From positions 83,330-147,329 of the forward strand of contig JAQBRG010000003.1 in the NCBI GenBank assembly GCA_028286615.1: DNA of 64,000 nt. The letters run 5' to 3'. Positions 58,928 to 64,000 of the stretch are shown here, one piece after another. Every line of letters starts with the position of its first letter. Positions within the stretch are counted from its first letter, which is position 1. The notes beneath the pieces are model-generated. The model did no database searches. It was not told the DNA's origin and saw nothing but the letters and a program-made list of their open reading frames with translations. The translations under genes were made by a program, and so were the position numbers. This DNA is from Parcubacteria group bacterium (GTDB taxonomy: Bacteria; Patescibacteriota; Minisyncoccia; Phycocordibacterales; Phycocordibacteraceae).

Positions 58928-59641
58928 ATGGCATTTTCAAGAAGCGAGATGATGGCCGACGGGCCAATCAAAGATATTCTGCCCAAACTATCAAAAGCAG
59001 GTGTGGCGCAATGGAAAAATACACCTGTCCTACTCAAGTCACGAGTGGAGTCACATGTCTATGTATCTGGACGTGAGGAACTAACTGAGGAAGTGGAGGT
59101 GCTGCTTGAGTTGTGCGAGTTAATTGGCAAGCAAACTCAAGCTTATACGAAAGAGTTGCCTGTTAGCCGTGGAGGTCGGAAAATATGTTACATAGGTCTT
59201 CCAACTGCCGGCACTGCACTAGCCATGGGTGCTGCCGTATATAACATCAATACTCCTTTCATGATGAACTCGTGCTTTCGTATCATGCGAGAGGTACGTA
59301 AGGGGCATGGGGCACATAATTTCTGGGTCAATGGCAAACCCGATAATGGAGACTATGTGTATGTAACCGTGGACAATGTGATAACAACGGGTACGTCTAT
59401 CCTTGAAGGAATCGAAAGACTGCGCGAAGACGGGTACGCTGTAGAGGATGTGCTGCACATAGTTGTCATAGATCGACAACAAGGGGGATTGGAAAGCCTT
59501 GTAGCACGCGGAATTAAAGTTGAGGCGTTATTCAATCTACTCGACCTGGTATGGGCTTTCGGAGAACTGAACCTTTGGCCTAAAGATCGCGTTAAAGCGG
59601 TTGAAATAGAAATTGAAGCCCACAAGTCGCGTGATCTTTAA
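58928..59641 (+). CDS. Type I phosphoribosyltransferase, orotate PRTase-like
   Basis: LKSRVESHVY, VTVDNVITTGTS PRPP loop, VVIDRQQGG; terminator 59645-59681. Confidence 0.8.
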   Translation: MAFSRSEMMADGPIKDILPKLSKAGVAQWKNTPVLLKSRVESHVYVSGREELTEEVEVLLELCELIGKQTQAYTKELPVSRGGRKICYIGLPTAGTALAMGAAVYNINTPFMMNSCFRIMREVRKGHGAHNFWVNGKPDNGDYVYVTVDNVITTGTSILEGIERLREDGYAVEDVLHIVVIDRQQGGLESLVARGIKVEALFNLLDLVWAFGELNLWPKDRVKAVEIEIEAHKSRDL

Positions 59642-59689
59642 GCAAAGCCGGCGCCCCTCACGGAGCGCCGGCCTTTCTTTTACACAAAC

Positions 59690-60364
59690 TTAAATCTTCC
59701 CAACCAAATCCATTCCCGGCTCTAGCGTATCGTCTCCTGGCTCCCAAGAAGCAGGACATACTTTGCCTTGGTTCTTCTCAACAAACTGTGCTGCCTGAAG
59801 CTTTCGGAACGTCTCTTTCGCTGAGCGTCCGATGTTGTTGTCATGTATCTCCATAGTGCGAAGTACGCCATTTGGATCAACAAGGAAGGTACCACGAAGA
59901 GCAAGACCTTCGTCAGCTGCGAGAGTTAGATCTCCTCCTTCTATAAGCACGCCGAATGCATCGGATACTTTGCCTGAAGGATCTGCACCCATGGGGTATT
60001 CAATCTTCTTAATGGCTTCAGAGGTGTCGTGCCATGCCTTGTGTACGAACACCGTATCGGTTGAGAACGAGAGTACCTCAGCTCCTGCCTCTTTGATTTT
60101 TGGATAGAGCTTTGCCATGTCCTCAAGTTCGGTTGGGCACACGAATGTGAAGTCTGCCGGATAGAACATAACGATAAGCCATTTGCCACGGAAGTCAGAG
60201 AACTTCATGGTCTTAACCTCGTCGTTCTGGAAGGCTTCGAACTCGTAGTCTGGGATAGTCTCTCCCACACGTACAGAGCTCATATATTCCCCGTATGGAT
60301 CATGGAAATCTCCACAGTACTCACAATAGTTGCTTTTTTGTTCCTTATGCATAAGTTCGCTCAA
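59690..60364 (-). CDS. ahpC: 2-Cys peroxiredoxin (AhpC type)
   Basis: FYPADFTFVCPTE, ALRGTF, IGRS, VCPASW. Confidence 0.93.
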   Translation of the reverse strand: MSELMHKEQKSNYCEYCGDFHDPYGEYMSSVRVGETIPDYEFEAFQNDEVKTMKFSDFRGKWLIVMFYPADFTFVCPTELEDMAKLYPKIKEAGAEVLSFSTDTVFVHKAWHDTSEAIKKIEYPMGADPSGKVSDAFGVLIEGGDLTLAADEGLALRGTFLVDPNGVLRTMEIHDNNIGRSAKETFRKLQAAQFVEKNQGKVCPASWEPGDDTLEPGMDLVGKI

Positions 60365-60419
60365 TTAGTCTTTACAGTTACCTTTAAAAGTATGATAGCA
60401 TTCTGGCCACTAGGCAGCC

Positions 60420-61265
60420 ATGTCCGACGACCCCTCCCCCAAACCTCACATAATTGCTGTTGTAGGCCCTACGGCTTCCGGCAAGTCAGCTCGAGCAATT
60501 CAGTTAGCACAGGAACGTAACGGCGAAGTTATATCCGTAGACTCTCGTCAGGTGTACCGCATGCTCGACATCGGTACCGAGAAAACAACCCCGGAAGAAA
60601 TGCAGGGTATTCCCCATTACCTCATAGACATACGCGACCCGAAAGAAACGTATGGAGCTGGAGACTTTGTAGAGGATGCTACAAAACTAATTGAAGACAT
60701 CACTGCTCGCGGAAAGACTCCCATACTCGCGGGCGGCACGCATTTCTATTTCGAAGCGCTCCTGTACGGACTTCCAGCTGAGATGCCCGCCAATCCAGAG
60801 CTCCGCAAGACATTAGAAGCTAGGAGTACTGAAGAACTAATGAGCGAGATACGTACGCGAGATCCACGACGCGCTGCTCGCATAGATCCTCAAAACAAGC
60901 GCCGCTTGGTTCGTGCGCTTGAGATTATTGAAACCAAAGGGTTCGTACCTGAGCGCGATACCCTAACACCTCTATACGATGTTGAATGGGTGATTATTAA
61001 TCCAGAACGAGACGAGCTTCGTTCACGTATACATACCCGTCTAGAACAGGCTCTTTCTCGAGGACTTATAGAAGAAGTGCGAAAGGTTAGAGAATACGTA
61101 GGAGACGACAGACTCAACGAGCTTGGTCTTGAGTATCGAATTGTTGGAGAATTCCTCCGGGGAGAACGCTCTGAAGAATCATTACTACCTTCCCTCTCCT
61201 CACGTGTATGGCATTACGCACGGCATCAGAAGGCGTGGCTTCGCAAACTCGGACAGACTACTTAG
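60420..61265 (+). CDS. miaA: tRNA dimethylallyltransferase
   Basis: GPTASGKS, SVDSRQVYR-LDIGT, GGTHFY, RRLVRALE, YARHQKAW. Confidence 0.95.
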   Translation: MSDDPSPKPHIIAVVGPTASGKSARAIQLAQERNGEVISVDSRQVYRMLDIGTEKTTPEEMQGIPHYLIDIRDPKETYGAGDFVEDATKLIEDITARGKTPILAGGTHFYFEALLYGLPAEMPANPELRKTLEARSTEELMSEIRTRDPRRAARIDPQNKRRLVRALEIIETKGFVPERDTLTPLYDVEWVIINPERDELRSRIHTRLEQALSRGLIEEVRKVREYVGDDRLNELGLEYRIVGEFLRGERSEESLLPSLSSRVWHYARHQKAWLRKLGQTT

Positions 61266-62206
61266 TTACAGCCACAGGAAGCACCAATACTTACATGGAG
61301 ATGGGTTCCTTCGAATCCCGTGTATGTTGCGCCACATGCTTTTGCTGCAGCTGCTAGAACATTGCTATTCTGGTCATCACCAAAGTCTGCTGCGTAAGAA
61401 CTTCCCACACAGGTCTTTCCTCCATAGTGACAAGAGTTAGCGGTATGGGCGCAACCTGCACCCTGTCCCCCTGCGGCGCACTGTGCAAAGGTCTTGGAAC
61501 CACTAACGATCTTACTATCTGATATTGATGAAATCTGTCCTACGTTTGCGGGTACACGGTTTGCTATACATGAAAGAAGTGCATTGAGTTTTGCTGATGC
61601 CTGGCCCTTTTGAGCTTCAATACCTTTTTGGTAGGTAAACACGCCGTCTGCGCCAGCTGCAGGTGCTGTAGTTGGTGTTGGTGTTGTCGGAGTGCCGCCG
61701 CTAGCAGGATTTGCTACGGGATTTAATGTTGGGTTTTGGAAGTTTCCTGCGAGTCCTCCACTAAAGAGTGCTGTATTTGTGGATGCTTTCACGCACGCGT
61801 CTCCACCCGTGAGGATACTGTTCCAGGGACCAAACTCTGCACTCGTTCCATCCTCTCCTACGTACAGTTTCTTCATAACGAAATCAACAACAAGCCATGC
61901 AGACAAGAAGACAAGGAGTCCAACCATTGTATTCATAAGAATCTTGTTCGCCTTTCCCCTGCTTTCAGGATTCGCACCAGATGTCATGTAAAGCGCACCT
62001 GCCCACACCAACATAAGTGTTGCTATAACTCCTATGATCCCCATGAAGAAGTTAATCAGGTTTTGCAGCAATTTAAGAACACTTCCCATGCCTAGAGGTG
62101 CTCCGTCTGCACAAACAGGCACCAGCCCTGTTGCTTCCTGCGCATACGCAAGTACAGGTAGCGTAAAGAGTGCAAGTAAAGCAAGAGTAATTAGAAATCG
62201 TCTCAT
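61262..62206 (-). CDS. Pilin-like (TrbC/VirB2-type membrane) N-domain fused to putative M15-like zinc peptidase
   Basis: Signal peptide plus two TMs with GALYMTSGANPE linker; C-terminal SCHYGG...AADFG...HLHVS. Confidence 0.7.
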   Translation of the reverse strand: MRRFLITLALLALFTLPVLAYAQEATGLVPVCADGAPLGMGSVLKLLQNLINFFMGIIGVIATLMLVWAGALYMTSGANPESRGKANKILMNTMVGLLVFLSAWLVVDFVMKKLYVGEDGTSAEFGPWNSILTGGDACVKASTNTALFSGGLAGNFQNPTLNPVANPASGGTPTTPTPTTAPAAGADGVFTYQKGIEAQKGQASAKLNALLSCIANRVPANVGQISSISDSKIVSGSKTFAQCAAGGQGAGCAHTANSCHYGGKTCVGSSYAADFGDDQNSNVLAAAAKACGATYTGFEGTHLHVSIGASCGCN

Positions 62207-62210
62207 GGGG

Positions 62211-62753
62211 TTATGGAAGATTTACGCTTCCTTCGCAGAACGAGAGTCCTAAGTTGTCATACTCCGAATACAATTCGTTCACATCTGCCTGCACCACAAC
62301 CGAGGTATTAAGCGCACACAATTGCGCATCAGTTAGCTTAAGTAGAGTACGCATGTAAGTTTCAGCATCGCTTCTAGCGTCACGAAGCGGCTCTGAGATT
62401 AGTGTTATGAGAAATTCTGAATCGTTCTCTCCGTACTGCACTGAGAAGGTAAATCCTTGTGTGCTGTATTCAGGACCATACAACTGGTAGTAGACCCCAT
62501 TGGGAGTTTGAAGAGGTTCTTTAGACTCGGTGAAGTCAGGCACAGAAACAACTTGCCCTGAACGGTCGTGAATCGCCTTCTGCTTTGTTGTCCCGCCCGT
62601 ACCTGATGTAACCAAGCCGCCAAAAGGATCGTTGTTTGTAACAACTGGAGCTACGGACTCCTTCTTGAAGAGGGTTATGCCTACCCATATCAAAATACCT
62701 ATAGCAAGGACGACGAGCACTACTGCAGCGAGAATAATTAGGTGACGCTTCAT
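62211..62753 (-). CDS. Hypothetical single-TM exported protein
   Basis: MKRHLIILAAVVLVV...; ATGA overlap with the upstream stop. Confidence 0.7.
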   Translation of the reverse strand: MKRHLIILAAVVLVVLAIGILIWVGITLFKKESVAPVVTNNDPFGGLVTSGTGGTTKQKAIHDRSGQVVSVPDFTESKEPLQTPNGVYYQLYGPEYSTQGFTFSVQYGENDSEFLITLISEPLRDARSDAETYMRTLLKLTDAQLCALNTSVVVQADVNELYSEYDNLGLSFCEGSVNLP

Positions 62754-63793
62754 AGGAATGATGATACCGCACCCATAAGTCGGGATCGTAGGTTTTCCGA
62801 AGCAAGTCCGCAATCTTTCGCCGTAGACCATTCCCTCCATCCTGTTCGTTTATACGTAGCGACGGCCTCAGCAATGTTCTTTTCTGCATCTTTAGCTGCA
62901 GAGACGCATTGTGCATACAGTGCTTCGTTCTTCACACGAGCTGTATAGTTCTTACCTGAAAATGCTGCAGGGCAATTCAATCCCGCAACCTCGTGATAGG
63001 TAAGATTTATTTGAAAGAGTCCAAATGAGAAGGCTCGCTTCTGGGGGTCGTTACGCATGTAATCTGACGTGCTGACATTTATAATATTGCCTTTGCTTTC
63101 TTTGTAACAAATTTGCGAGGCTTGATTTGCTGCTGTACCGAAGTATGGAGCAAGCGCGGATGCTGAGCAGTTACCGGTATTCTTAACCGTACACGATCCT
63201 CCGGCACTTGAACTGCTCGTGGTACTTCCTCCCCTTGGTTTGGCTCCTCCGCCTGTTACAGCAATGCCTCCCTGTCCTGGTGCGCTGACTCCATTGTAAA
63301 GCGGTTGATTTGTACTTGCCACGATACAGTAGTCTCCTCCTGTAAGAACGGCGTTCCATGGACCAAAGGTTTTGCTCTCTCCGTCCTGTCCTACATAGAG
63401 CGTAGTCATAACGAAGTCCACGATAAGCCACGCAGCGAGCACTATGATGAATCCAATAATTGCATTTGAGATCATGCTCTTGGCCTTGCTCTTGTTCTCA
63501 GGATTTGTTGGCGAGAGCATGAGAATTGCTCCTGCATAGGCAATGGTGAGCGTAATAACAAGGAGCCCTACGGACACACTTGCGTTCATGAGGTTCTGGA
63601 CGAGTTGTAAGAAGCCAGCGAATCCAAGTGGCGCGTTTGCAAGACAGTCTGGATCCAGAGCATTAGCATCCGGCACAATCTGGAAGTCTGGGTTAAGTAT
63701 GGGGAGATTTAAATCTGCTGCATGTGCAGACACAGGAAGTGTGGCTACGAAAGCCACAAGTAGTAAAAGAAGGAGCGCCCGAAACCGGTACAT
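62750..63793 (-). CDS. Pilin-like N-domain fused to lysozyme-like/SLT domain
   Basis: Same N-domain as 61262-62206; C-terminal ICYKESKG...SFGLFQIN...GWREWST. Confidence 0.75.
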   Translation of the reverse strand: MYRFRALLLLLLVAFVATLPVSAHAADLNLPILNPDFQIVPDANALDPDCLANAPLGFAGFLQLVQNLMNASVSVGLLVITLTIAYAGAILMLSPTNPENKSKAKSMISNAIIGFIIVLAAWLIVDFVMTTLYVGQDGESKTFGPWNAVLTGGDYCIVASTNQPLYNGVSAPGQGGIAVTGGGAKPRGGSTTSSSSAGGSCTVKNTGNCSASALAPYFGTAANQASQICYKESKGNIINVSTSDYMRNDPQKRAFSFGLFQINLTYHEVAGLNCPAAFSGKNYTARVKNEALYAQCVSAAKDAEKNIAEAVATYKRTGWREWSTAKDCGLASENLRSRLMGAVSSFL

Positions 63794-63871
63794 GGCTGTA
63801 TTGTAACGCACCTAGTTAGTCTATATACGCTCTTTGCCCACACTCTAAGGTTCTGTTATCGTAGCGCTATA

Positions 63872-63942
63872 GGGCCTGTAGTTAAATGGTATAACTTCGG
63901 ATTCCAAACCCGACGTCCTAGGTTCGATTCCTAGTGGGCCCG
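63872..63942 (+). tRNA. tRNA-Trp(CCA)
   Basis: GGGCCTG...TCGGA TTCCAAA CCCGA...CTAGG TTCGATT CCTAG TGGGCCC G. Confidence 0.93.
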
Positions 63943-64000
63943 CATCTACATAAAGCAGAAGGCGCTGGAATTTCCAACGCCTTAAGCACTACGCCACAGA

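Overview
Gene-dense bacterial chromosome segment in standard code 11. It is most consistent with a Patescibacteria/CPR (Parcubacteria-like) genome: class I LysRS, short UvrC/UvrA, VirD4-like ATPase, pilin-like fusion proteins, tRNAs without encoded CCA and many apparently leaderless genes. Core genes: ddl, uvrC, uvrA, uvrB (with a 524-aa intein), tgt, lysS, dnaX, dus, ftsQ-like, serS, topA, rel, parB, ahpC, miaA, plus tRNA-Ala, -Gln, -Leu and -Trp. Main discovery: between about 40.19 and 46.46 kb, twelve single-gene cassettes are each separated by a co-oriented 28-bp repeat (consensus GCTGGCAGTCTGGGACGATGTTGGAACC), and the array ends exactly at the 3' end of tRNA-Gln. The repeat resembles the tRNA 3' end with the GAAC motif shifted outward by 5 bp (the attP-versus-attB geometry of large serine recombinases) and appears constrained as a peptide (LAVWDDVGT-hydrophobic-hydrophobic). 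This suggests an integron-like, tRNA-anchored gene-capture array whose recombinase is not in this window. Also notable: an SpvB/TcB-like toxin N-terminus, pilin-like proteins fused to peptidoglycan hydrolases, several unannotated micro-ORFs and two candidate ncRNAs. All calls come from reading motifs by eye; no database searches were run.
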